From Myxococcales bacterium (GTDB lineage: Bacteria; Myxococcota_A; Bradymonadia; UBA7976; UBA1532), in the NCBI GenBank assembly GCA_020633555.1, contig JACKDL010000007.1, positions 93,821 to 157,820 of the forward strand: a stretch of 64,000 bases of DNA, given 5' to 3'. Shown here piece after piece: positions 19,294-26,999 of the stretch. Position numbers and translations under genes: made by a program. A model generated the notes under the pieces. The model saw nothing but the letters and a program-made list of their open reading frames with translations, did no database searches and had not been told where the DNA came from. Numbering within the stretch: position 1 is the stretch's first letter; each line of letters starts with the position of its first letter.

Positions 19294-20565
19294 TCAGCGC
19301 CGGCGCCGGCGGGCCAGCAGGGGCAGGCCCAGCAGCAGGGCCCAGGCCCAAGGGGTGCCGCGGCCGGGATCGGCCGAACAGCCCCCGCCTCCGCCGCCGC
19401 CGCCCGAGCTGCCCATGTCGGCGTTCGGGGTACCACCCATGTCCAGGGCCGGCTCTTCGCCGCCCATGTCGGCCTCGCCTGTGGCCATGTCGACCTCGCC
19501 CATGGCCATGTCGGGCTCGTCGCCGCCGCAGTTCAGGCCGGTGATCTCGTGCTCACGGGCGTAGGCGCCGCTGCCCTGGGGGCTGAACTCGAAGGTCTTG
19601 CCGTTGGTGCGGAACACCGCCGCGCTCATGCGGGCGTGCAGGCGGGTGAGGAAGCTGGCGCCCGAGGCGCTGCGCAGGTTCTCGAGGCCCTCGTCCTGGA
19701 AGGTGGTGTTGTCCACGGCGCCGGCGAACTCGGTGACGAACACCTGGGTCTGCAGCGGGGCCACCTGGGCGTCGAACTGGGCGCGGTAGTCGGTCTGGTT
19801 GGGGCCGGTGAAGGCCATGGCCCCGAAGTCCAGCTCGCGGGTCATCAGGTTGCCGTTGGCCCGCCCGCTGTCGAGGGTGAAGAACACCAGATCGGCCACG
19901 CCCTCGGGGATGGCGGTGGCGATGGGCCGGGTGCCCACCCGCAGGGCGCCGGGGCCCTCGGGCCACGTCACGCTGATGATGGGATCGAGCTTCTGCGTGC
20001 CCAGGGCGGCGGTGTCGATGTGCACCGCGATGAACATGTAGTTCTGGTTCAGGGTGTCGTCGATGGCGGCCTGCAGGGCCTCGTCGACGGTGTAGCCGCG
20101 GGTGGTGGTGAGGAACTCGGTGAGCTCGCCGGCCTCGACCTCGGCGGCCTCGAACACCCGCCCGGTGAGGCCACCCGCGGGCACGGGGCCCCACTCGTCG
20201 GCCTGCCGCTCGTTGGCGCGGGCGCCGGTGGGCATGCCGTCGCAGACGCCGTCCAGCACGGGGTGGGTGGTGTCGCTGAGCTCGTCGAGCACCGCCTGGC
20301 TGGCGGGGGACGCGGTGACGTTGTTGTCCCGCGCGTTGGGCACGTTGGGCACGGCGATGAGCCAGACGAAGTCGGCGGGGGTGCCGGCGTACTTCACCTG
20401 GGTGATGAGCTCCACCCGGTCGGCGTGGCGGACCAGGAGCGAGCGCGAGGCCTCCATGGCGATGGTGGAGCCGTCGGGCCCGACGAAGGTGCCCACGGCC
20501 CCGGCCGGGGCCACCGACAGGGCGGCCAGGCAGGCGCCCGCCACCAACCGCTTCAGTCCACGCAT
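19294..20565 (-). CDS. secreted hypothetical protein with MYXO-CTERM sorting tail
   Basis: Signal peptide MRGLKRLVAGACLAALSVAPAGA. C-terminus GGGGGGGGCSADPGRGTPWAWALLLGLPLLARRRRR is the MYXO-CTERM pattern (Gly-rich, Cys, then TM plus Arg cluster). The body may be DUF2330-like; that is my recollection, not verified. Confidence 0.65.
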   Translation of the reverse strand: MRGLKRLVAGACLAALSVAPAGAVGTFVGPDGSTIAMEASRSLLVRHADRVELITQVKYAGTPADFVWLIAVPNVPNARDNNVTASPASQAVLDELSDTTHPVLDGVCDGMPTGARANERQADEWGPVPAGGLTGRVFEAAEVEAGELTEFLTTTRGYTVDEALQAAIDDTLNQNYMFIAVHIDTAALGTQKLDPIISVTWPEGPGALRVGTRPIATAIPEGVADLVFFTLDSGRANGNLMTRELDFGAMAFTGPNQTDYRAQFDAQVAPLQTQVFVTEFAGAVDNTTFQDEGLENLRSASGASFLTRLHARMSAAVFRTNGKTFEFSPQGSGAYAREHEITGLNCGGDEPDMAMGEVDMATGEADMGGEEPALDMGGTPNADMGSSGGGGGGGGCSADPGRGTPWAWALLLGLPLLARRRRR

Positions 20566-20662
20566 GTCGCTCGCCCTCCCTGTCCTCGCCGGACGTGGCC
20601 TCAACAGATTCGCGCAAGGTAGGACGGGCCCGGGTTGGCGTCAACCACGCCACCCGTGGGCC

Positions 20663-22153
20663 TCAGTCCGCCAGCCGGTGCTGGAACAGCGCAGGCCCGT
20701 CCGCGCCGTCGGCGATCCAGGCCACGCGGTCGGGCCCCGCGGCCAGGTCGTCGGGGTGGACGGCGCCGGCGAACAGCGCCGCGCTCACGCCCGTGCCCAG
20801 ATCGGCGTGGCGCAGGACCCCGGCCCCCTCGTCGATCCACACCACGTGATCGCCCACCACCCGCGGCGCTCGGTGCGGCCCGGGGCTCGCGGTGATCTGG
20901 AAGCCCGTGCGGGCGCTGCCGGTCAGGGGGACGGCCCACAGGGCCTGCTCGCCCAGGGCCCACACCGCCCAGCGGGCGCCCGCGGCCGGGGGACCGCTGG
21001 GGCGCACGGGCACCAGGCCGTCATCGAAGGCGGCGCCCTGCCACAGGACGCCCTCGGCCTGCCCGCCGACCCACTGCCGGGCCGCCCACCGCTCGGGGCC
21101 GAGGGGCACCGGATCGCTCAGGGCCAGCTCGGGGGCCACGTCGCGCACGCCGCGCTGACCCCGGTCGTGGCGCTTCAGCAGTGGGCGCTCGCCCACCACG
21201 GCGTGCCACATCAGCAGGTCGTCGTGCACTGCAGGGCGCCCCGGGGTGCTCTGCCCCGTCAGGTCGAAGGCCTGGTCGGTGTCCAGGGCCCAGACGCTCG
21301 CGCGGGGACAGTGAGCGGGGCCGTCGGCGGGGGCCAGGCAGGGCTCGGGGGTCGTCAGCCAGGCCACCAGGCTCGCGCTGCAGGCGGGGTGGGCCGCGGG
21401 GATGTCCGACGTGGCGGCTTCGATGGGGCCGGCCTGCCAAGCGCCCGCGCCGTCCTCCGTCAGCCGCCACAGGGCGTCGTCGACCACCACCACCAGCTCG
21501 CCGCTGCCACACACCGCCGGGTGACGCGGGCCTGCGCCCAGGGCCAGCGGCACCTGGCAGGCTTCGTCCACCTGGCCGTCGCAGTCGTCGTCTTCGCCGT
21601 CGCAGATCTCGCCCGCCGCGGGCGCCTCGCTCTGGCCGGCGGCGGAGCTGCACGCGCGCCCCGGGGCCCCATCGGCCGCGCACTCCCAGACGCCCTGCCG
21701 GCCGCAGGCGGTGCAGTCCCCGCCCAGGTCCAGCCCCTCGTCCACGGCGCCGTCGCAGTCGTTGTCCAGACCGTCGCAGCGCTCCGAGGCGCCGGGCCAG
21801 ACGGCCGGGCGGCTGTCGTCGCAGTCCAGCAGCCAGCCGGCCAGCGGGGGGTCGAGCGGGGTGTCGCAGCGGGCCGGGGCGCAGTCGCCGTCCACGTCCT
21901 CGCAGGTCAGGTCCAGGGCGGCCACCAGGGCGCAACGTTCGGCGGGCAGGGCCGGCGGCTCGGTGCAGCCCAACCCCGCGATGAGCTGGGCCGGCGGCGG
22001 ACAGTCGGGGGTCATGTCGGGCCGGTCGGGCCGCGGGCCCTGATCGAAGCAGGGGCCCCCGTCGCACACGCCGATGCCCGACAGGCTGTCGTCGCAGCCC
22101 GCCAGGGCGGCGATCAGGGCCAGCGCCGCCCGCCAGCCGGCCCCGGGCTTCAC
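20663..22153 (-). CDS. Cys-rich lipoprotein, paralog 3 (two MopE-like CxGxDNDCDGxxDE repeats plus ~280-aa C-terminal W-rich domain)
   Basis: GTG start at 22153 overlaps the upstream stop (GTGA). The signal VKPGAGWRAALALIAALAGCDDS gives a lipobox LAGC. Repeats: CDGLDNDCDGAVDEG and CDGEDDDCDGQVDEA. The C-terminal domain carries LWRL / VWAL / LWAVPL / VVWID motifs. Confidence 0.7.
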   Translation of the reverse strand: MKPGAGWRAALALIAALAGCDDSLSGIGVCDGGPCFDQGPRPDRPDMTPDCPPPAQLIAGLGCTEPPALPAERCALVAALDLTCEDVDGDCAPARCDTPLDPPLAGWLLDCDDSRPAVWPGASERCDGLDNDCDGAVDEGLDLGGDCTACGRQGVWECAADGAPGRACSSAAGQSEAPAAGEICDGEDDDCDGQVDEACQVPLALGAGPRHPAVCGSGELVVVVDDALWRLTEDGAGAWQAGPIEAATSDIPAAHPACSASLVAWLTTPEPCLAPADGPAHCPRASVWALDTDQAFDLTGQSTPGRPAVHDDLLMWHAVVGERPLLKRHDRGQRGVRDVAPELALSDPVPLGPERWAARQWVGGQAEGVLWQGAAFDDGLVPVRPSGPPAAGARWAVWALGEQALWAVPLTGSARTGFQITASPGPHRAPRVVGDHVVWIDEGAGVLRHADLGTGVSAALFAGAVHPDDLAAGPDRVAWIADGADGPALFQHRLAD

Positions 22154-23601
22154 GGCAGCGCCTGCCGCCGTAGCGCGCCCTCGCCGTCGATCCAGATCAC
22201 CGCCTCGGGCCCGACGCCTCGCTGATCCCGGGCGGGCAGGGGCGACACCAGCGGTCGCGCCACCCCGGTCTGCAGATCCAGGCGCATCAGGGCGCCGGCG
22301 CTCTCGTCGGCCCACAGCAGCCCATCGCCCCGCAACGCCACGGCGCGGTGCGGCCCCGGGCTGGTGGTGGGCTGGAACCCCACGGCCGGCTCGCGGCTCA
22401 GATCCATGACCCACAGGCCGGCCCCTGCGTCGTAGGGCCACGCCAGCCAGTCGTCGTTCGCGGCGGGGGGCTCGGCGGCGCCGGGCTGGAGATCCAGGGC
22501 CGGATCAAGCCCCGCCGCCAGCCAGGCCACGCGGGGGACACCGGCGATCCACTGGCGGGCCACGACCCCGTCGGCCACGGGCGCCGGATCGCTCAGGGCC
22601 AGCCCCGGCTCAGGACGGGTCAGCCCGACCTCACCGGGGGCGTGGCGCACCAGGCCCGGCACGCCCTCGATGACCACGTGCCACCACAGGCTGCCCTGGC
22701 CGTCGAAGGCCAGCCCTGCGGCGGCGGTGGGCCCGGTGAGATCCACCGGCCCGTCGGCGGTGAGGCGGACCACCGAGGTGCCCACACACCGCTCGGGGCC
22801 GTCGACGGGGGCGGTGCAGTCGCCGCCCGCCAGCCAGGCGGCCTCGTCGCCTGCACACACCAGGTGATGGGCCGGGAGGGCGCCCGCGGCGGACACGACC
22901 TGGGCGGCCCAGGCGCCGTCCTCGCCGGCGTCCAGGCGCCAGACGGCGCCCTCCGCCACCACGAGCGCCCGCTCGCCGCCACAGTCCACGGGCCAGCTCA
23001 GGGCTCCGGGCGGGCCGGCCAGGGCGCAGCCCTCGTCCACGGCGCCGTCGCAGTCGTTGTCGAGGCGGTCGCAGGCCTCCGCCGGGAACTCCAGGGCGCC
23101 GCTCTGCCCGGGGGCGCTCGAGCAGGCCAGGCCGCCCTCGGACACGCCGCGGGCGCACTCCAGCTTGCCGGGCTCGCCGCACGCGTCGCAGCCGCGCCCG
23201 ATGTCGGCGAAGTCCTCGTCGGTGGCGCCATCGCAGTCGTCGTCCAGCTCGTTGCAGGCTTCGGCGGCGTCCGGGCGCACACTGGGCCGGCTGTCGTCGC
23301 AGTCGGTGAGCCGGTCGGCATAGGGCGCCAGGGCGGCGGGGAAGGCGCAGCCCGGGGCTACGAAGCAGTCGCCGTCGGCGTCCACGCACTCGGGCAGGTG
23401 GGTGGCCACGAAGGGGCAGACGGCCGCCCGCACCGGCTCGGGGGCGGTGGCGCAGCCCGTGGGCAGGTCCAGCGCGCCCCCAGGGCAGGCCGGGCCCGCC
23501 TCGTGGTCGGGGGCGCCGCCGGCCGGCTCGAAGTCCGCCGCCGAGCACGCCACCTGGCCCAGGCTCAGCGCCAGGGCGAAGAGGGGGCCGCGCGGGCTCA
23601 C
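22150..23601 (-). CDS. Cys-rich lipoprotein, paralog 2 (two MopE-like repeats plus C-terminal W-rich domain)
   Basis: GTG start at 23601 overlaps the upstream stop (GTGA), with a GAGGTG RBS. Signal VSPRGPLFALALSLGQVAC. Repeats: CNELDDDCDGATDED and CDRLDNDCDGAVDEG. The C-terminal domain is colinear with paralog 3 (AVWRLDAGEDGAW..., LLWADESAGAL...). Confidence 0.7.
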   Translation of the reverse strand: MSPRGPLFALALSLGQVACSAADFEPAGGAPDHEAGPACPGGALDLPTGCATAPEPVRAAVCPFVATHLPECVDADGDCFVAPGCAFPAALAPYADRLTDCDDSRPSVRPDAAEACNELDDDCDGATDEDFADIGRGCDACGEPGKLECARGVSEGGLACSSAPGQSGALEFPAEACDRLDNDCDGAVDEGCALAGPPGALSWPVDCGGERALVVAEGAVWRLDAGEDGAWAAQVVSAAGALPAHHLVCAGDEAAWLAGGDCTAPVDGPERCVGTSVVRLTADGPVDLTGPTAAAGLAFDGQGSLWWHVVIEGVPGLVRHAPGEVGLTRPEPGLALSDPAPVADGVVARQWIAGVPRVAWLAAGLDPALDLQPGAAEPPAANDDWLAWPYDAGAGLWVMDLSREPAVGFQPTTSPGPHRAVALRGDGLLWADESAGALMRLDLQTGVARPLVSPLPARDQRGVGPEAVIWIDGEGALRRQALP

Positions 23602-24863
23602 GGGGTCACCTCGGGCAGCGGCTGGTGTTGCACCCGCCACTGGCCGTAGCCGTCCTGCTCGGCCCAGATCAGCCGCCCGCCGCCCACGGTGGGGTGCCGG
23701 GCGCTCAGCGGGTTCGCCGTGCGGCTGCGGCGGCCCGGATCGGCGGCCCACAGGGCCTCGACCACGTACAGGCCGGGCTGGTAGCGGGCGCTGGCCACCC
23801 AGCCCTCGCCGGCCACCAACTCCACCCGGTGCACCGGCGCGTCGGCGTCCAGATCCACCGGCCCGTCCACCAAGGCGTCGCGGTCCAGCCGCCACAGGTG
23901 CTGCTGCCCGTCGGCCGTCGCCTGCAGCCAGAACAGGGACCTGCCAGCGCTGTGCAGGCGGGCCTCGCGGTCGACGGCGCCCGCCAGGGGCACGGCGATC
24001 CGGGGGGTGCAGCCCGGCCCGCGGGCCACCACCAGCTCAGTGCGCCCGCGGGCGCCGCGCTCGAACCAGGCGGCCCAGTCGGCGCCCAGGGCGGGCCCCC
24101 ACTGATCGGCGTCCCGTTGGCGGCACTGCGACAGGCCCCCGGCTCGCTTGAGCACGACGCCGTCGCGGCCCAGATCCCGTTCCACCAGCGCCAGGTCGTC
24201 CCCGGCGGCCGCCGGCTGCCGCTGGGCGGCGGGGCGGGGCAGGGGGAAGGCGGCGGCCCCTGTGGTCAGGTCGACCCGCCGCACGTTGGGCGCGGCCGCG
24301 GCGTCGGGGTTGGGCGTGACGTGATACAGCGCCGCGCCGGCCACGACGGGCTCCACCTGGGTGGGCAGCAGCGTCAGGGTCTGGGGCTCGGCGTCGGGGT
24401 GGGCCCGCGCCACCAGGGCCAGGCCGCCCTCGGCGGGCGCCAGCCACACCACGCCGGCCGCGGTGCAGAAGGCCCAGGGCGCTGCGCCCGCCGCAGGCGC
24501 CAGCTCCGTCAGGGCCGCCGGCCCCGCCTCCGTGAAGCATGTGGGCGCCGGCCGCGCGGCGTCCATGGCCAGGTCCGGGCCCGCGTCGACGGCCAGATCA
24601 GGGCCGGCGTCCTCGGCGCCGACGTCCTGGTCCATCTCGACGGTGCCGCCGGCGCCGCCTGCGCCCCCTTCGCCGCCGGCGCCGTCGGGCTGGGGCAGGG
24701 CCGGCCCACGGGCCACGCAGCGGCGGGCCACCAGATCGCACCGCTCGCGCAGGGGGTCCAGGCAGTCGGTGTCGACGGCACACTCGGCGCGCTCGGCGCC
24801 GTCGTCGAAGAACAGCGAGCAGCCGGCGAGGGCGGTCAACAGCAGGGGCCACAGGGTTCGCAT
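23598..24863 (-). CDS. lipoprotein, paralog 1 (N-terminal Cys cluster, Gly-run, C-terminal W-rich domain related to paralogs 2 and 3)
   Basis: ATG 24863 with a GAGGGG RBS. MRTLWPLLLTALAGCSLFFDD gives a lipobox LAGC. ECAVDTDCLDPLRERCDLVARRCV, then GGEGGAGGAGG, then a domain with VVWLAP / LWRLDRDA / LIWAEQDGYGQWRV. The track's 626-aa ORF is an upstream read-through. Confidence 0.65.
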   Translation of the reverse strand: MRTLWPLLLTALAGCSLFFDDGAERAECAVDTDCLDPLRERCDLVARRCVARGPALPQPDGAGGEGGAGGAGGTVEMDQDVGAEDAGPDLAVDAGPDLAMDAARPAPTCFTEAGPAALTELAPAAGAAPWAFCTAAGVVWLAPAEGGLALVARAHPDAEPQTLTLLPTQVEPVVAGAALYHVTPNPDAAAAPNVRRVDLTTGAAAFPLPRPAAQRQPAAAGDDLALVERDLGRDGVVLKRAGGLSQCRQRDADQWGPALGADWAAWFERGARGRTELVVARGPGCTPRIAVPLAGAVDREARLHSAGRSLFWLQATADGQQHLWRLDRDALVDGPVDLDADAPVHRVELVAGEGWVASARYQPGLYVVEALWAADPGRRSRTANPLSARHPTVGGGRLIWAEQDGYGQWRVQHQPLPEVTP

Positions 24864-24871
24864 CGTGCCCC

Positions 24872-26377
24872 TCACCGCAGCAAGAACCAGACCAGCCCCA
24901 CCGCGGCGGTGGTGAGCCCGATGCCGAGCAGCACGTCGGCGGTGAGCGCCTGGTCGTCGCGCTCGGCGAACAGATCGTCGAGCCGGCGCCGGTCCACCGC
25001 GGGCGAGGTGTAGCCGTCGATGTCGCGCTGGGTGGCCAGCGCCTGGGCCCCGGCCACCAGACCCCCGGCCGCGATCAGCCCGCCCACCGCCAGCGTGATC
25101 TGCGGGCCCGGCCCGTCGGGCGCGGCGGCGCGGGCCGGCCCCCCGGGCGTGCGCCGCCAGCGCACCTCCAGCGGCAGCGGCGCGCAGCCTCGGGGATCGC
25201 CGCAGGTCGGCACCACGAACTGGCCCAGCGTGAGCCCGAGCCCGGGGGCGGTGGCCTGGTAGACGTGGCGCCCCGGCGGCAGGTGGAAGCCCGCGGGGTC
25301 CACCGCCTGCTGGGCCACCACCAGCCGGCTGATGGCGACGGGCGCCTCGGTGCCGTCCAGGCCCTGGGCCGTCAGGGGGTGGGGGGCCGTGATCCGGGCC
25401 GCGTGCCGCGCGTCCGCGCAGCCGGTGGGGCGCGGCACGGCCACCGCCACGGGGGCGGGGTGGGGCCCCTCGGGCCACAGGGTGACAGTGCGCGGCCCCC
25501 AGGGGCCCGGGCCGGCGCCCGCCAGGGGCACGCCGGGGGGCTCGGTGGTGACCTCCAAGCTCACCGGGCAGCGGCGCAGCGCCACCTGGATGGGCCCCCC
25601 CTCGGCGGGCAGGGCGACCCGCGCCGCGAGGTAGCCGGGGGCCTGGACCGTCACTGTGCCGCCGCCCCGCAGCCCCTCCACCGGGATGGGCCCCTCGGGG
25701 CCCACCAGGGCCACACCGTCCACGGCCGCGCCGTCATCGGTGACGGTCAGGGTCACGGGGCACGCCTTGCCGGGCACGGCCACGGCGCCGCCGCCCAGGG
25801 TGACGCCTTGGGGCGGCGCGGCGCACCGGCCCACGCGGCCTAGGCGCCAAGGCCCGGGTCGCAGGGTCAGCCGGTGGCTGCCGGCGGGCAGCTCGAGCTC
25901 GATGGGGGCCTCGCCGTCCAGCGGCGGCGCCAGGCGCACCGTCCCCCCGGGGCTGTTCAGGGTCACCGGGCGTGCCCCCGCCGCGGCGGGCCAGCCGGGG
26001 GCGTCGGGCACGCGGGCCCACGCGTTGTCCAGCCGGGCGGCGGCCCGCTTCTCGGCCATGGCGGCGGGGGCCAGGGCCTGGGCGGTGACCAGGTGACGCA
26101 CCGCTTGCCAGGCGTGGTGGGCGCGGTCCGCCGCCGGTCGACTCAGGAAGAAGGCGGCCGAGCCGGCCACGTAGTGGGCGCAGGCGCGGGCGGCAGGCGT
26201 GCCCTCCGCTGCGGCGGCCTGCGCCTCGGCGAGCACGGCCGGCCAGTCAGCGGGGCCGGCGGCGTCCAGGCGGGTGAACAGGGCGGTGTGGGTGGGGGGC
26301 AGGGGGCCCTCGCAGGGGTGCGCCCACGCGGCGGCGCTAAGGCCGAACGCGACAGCGAACGCGGCGAGTCGCCCCAT
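24872..26377 (-). CDS. secreted PEGA-domain protein with C-terminal TM anchor
   Basis: Signal MGRLAAFAVAFGLSAAAWA. Repeated approximately 60-aa units such as VTLTVTDDGAAVDGVALVGPEGPIPVEGLRGGGTVTVQAPGYLAARVALP and VSLEVTTEPPGVPLAG...VTLWPEGPH match the PEGA beta-sandwich pattern. C-terminal hydrophobic helix LTTAAVGLVWFLL. Confidence 0.6.
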   Translation of the reverse strand: MGRLAAFAVAFGLSAAAWAHPCEGPLPPTHTALFTRLDAAGPADWPAVLAEAQAAAAEGTPAARACAHYVAGSAAFFLSRPAADRAHHAWQAVRHLVTAQALAPAAMAEKRAAARLDNAWARVPDAPGWPAAAGARPVTLNSPGGTVRLAPPLDGEAPIELELPAGSHRLTLRPGPWRLGRVGRCAAPPQGVTLGGGAVAVPGKACPVTLTVTDDGAAVDGVALVGPEGPIPVEGLRGGGTVTVQAPGYLAARVALPAEGGPIQVALRRCPVSLEVTTEPPGVPLAGAGPGPWGPRTVTLWPEGPHPAPVAVAVPRPTGCADARHAARITAPHPLTAQGLDGTEAPVAISRLVVAQQAVDPAGFHLPPGRHVYQATAPGLGLTLGQFVVPTCGDPRGCAPLPLEVRWRRTPGGPARAAAPDGPGPQITLAVGGLIAAGGLVAGAQALATQRDIDGYTSPAVDRRRLDDLFAERDDQALTADVLLGIGLTTAAVGLVWFLLR

Positions 26378-26999
26378 CGTCTCCCCCCTCCGCCGAGCCC
26401 ACCGTCAGGGTGAGCCGCAGCGCCTCATGGGCCCCCCGGGCCGTGCGCAGCGCCCGGGCCAGCGCCGCGGGGCAGCGGGGCCCCTGGCACTGGCCCTGAT
26501 CGTAGCCGGGCGTCAACCACTCGGCTGTGAACAGCCGTTCACCCCCGGCGGCGCCCCCACAGTCCACCTGGCCCCACACGGGCCCGTCGGCCACCGGGAA
26601 CAGGGTGCCCAGGCCGCGCAGGTCGACGCGAGGGGGCCGCGCAGCGCGCAGGGCCGCCCAGCCGTCGGCGGCGATGGTCAGCCCATCGGCGGCGGGGGTC
26701 AACCGCGCCGGATCCAGGCGCCGGCCCAGCCAGGCGCGGCCCCCGGCGTCCAGCCGAGTCCAGGCGTCGGCGGGATCATCGTCCGTCAGCCCGGCCCAGG
26801 CTGCCGCCGCCGCGAAGCGAGCGGCCGGCGTCCCCCCACGAATCTGCAGCCCGGCCGCGTCGGAGGTCACCTGCACCGCGCTCAGGTCGGCGGGCCAGCG
26901 GGCCGGAGCCCGCAGCGCGCCCGCCTCGGGCGAGCGGGCGTCCGCGGGGGCGGCGTCCGTGGGGCGGCGTCGGGCGCGGCCGCGTCGCGGGGACGGCAT
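26337..26999 (-). CDS. hypothetical; either a separate small secreted protein or, more likely, the frameshifted extracellular C-terminal domain of the upstream Ser/Thr kinase
   Basis: The downstream two-thirds (AWAGLTDDDPADAWTRLDAGGRAWLG...FTAEWLTPGYDQGQCQGPRCPAAL...) is compositionally protein-like. The kinase-frame tail after its TM helix is R/G/P low-complexity. This ORF overlaps the kinase C-terminus by 224 bp and the PEGA gene start by 41 bp. Confidence 0.3.
   Translation of the reverse strand: MPSPRRGRARRRPTDAAPADARSPEAGALRAPARWPADLSAVQVTSDAAGLQIRGGTPAARFAAAAAWAGLTDDDPADAWTRLDAGGRAWLGRRLDPARLTPAADGLTIAADGWAALRAARPPRVDLRGLGTLFPVADGPVWGQVDCGGAAGGERLFTAEWLTPGYDQGQCQGPRCPAALARALRTARGAHEALRLTLTVGSAEGGDDGATRRVRCRVRP

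Noticed and set aside
20102-22225. 707-aa + strand ORF
   Set aside because: Antisense to the Cys-rich lipoprotein paralogs 2 and 3. It is pure Ala/Gly/Arg/Pro low complexity.
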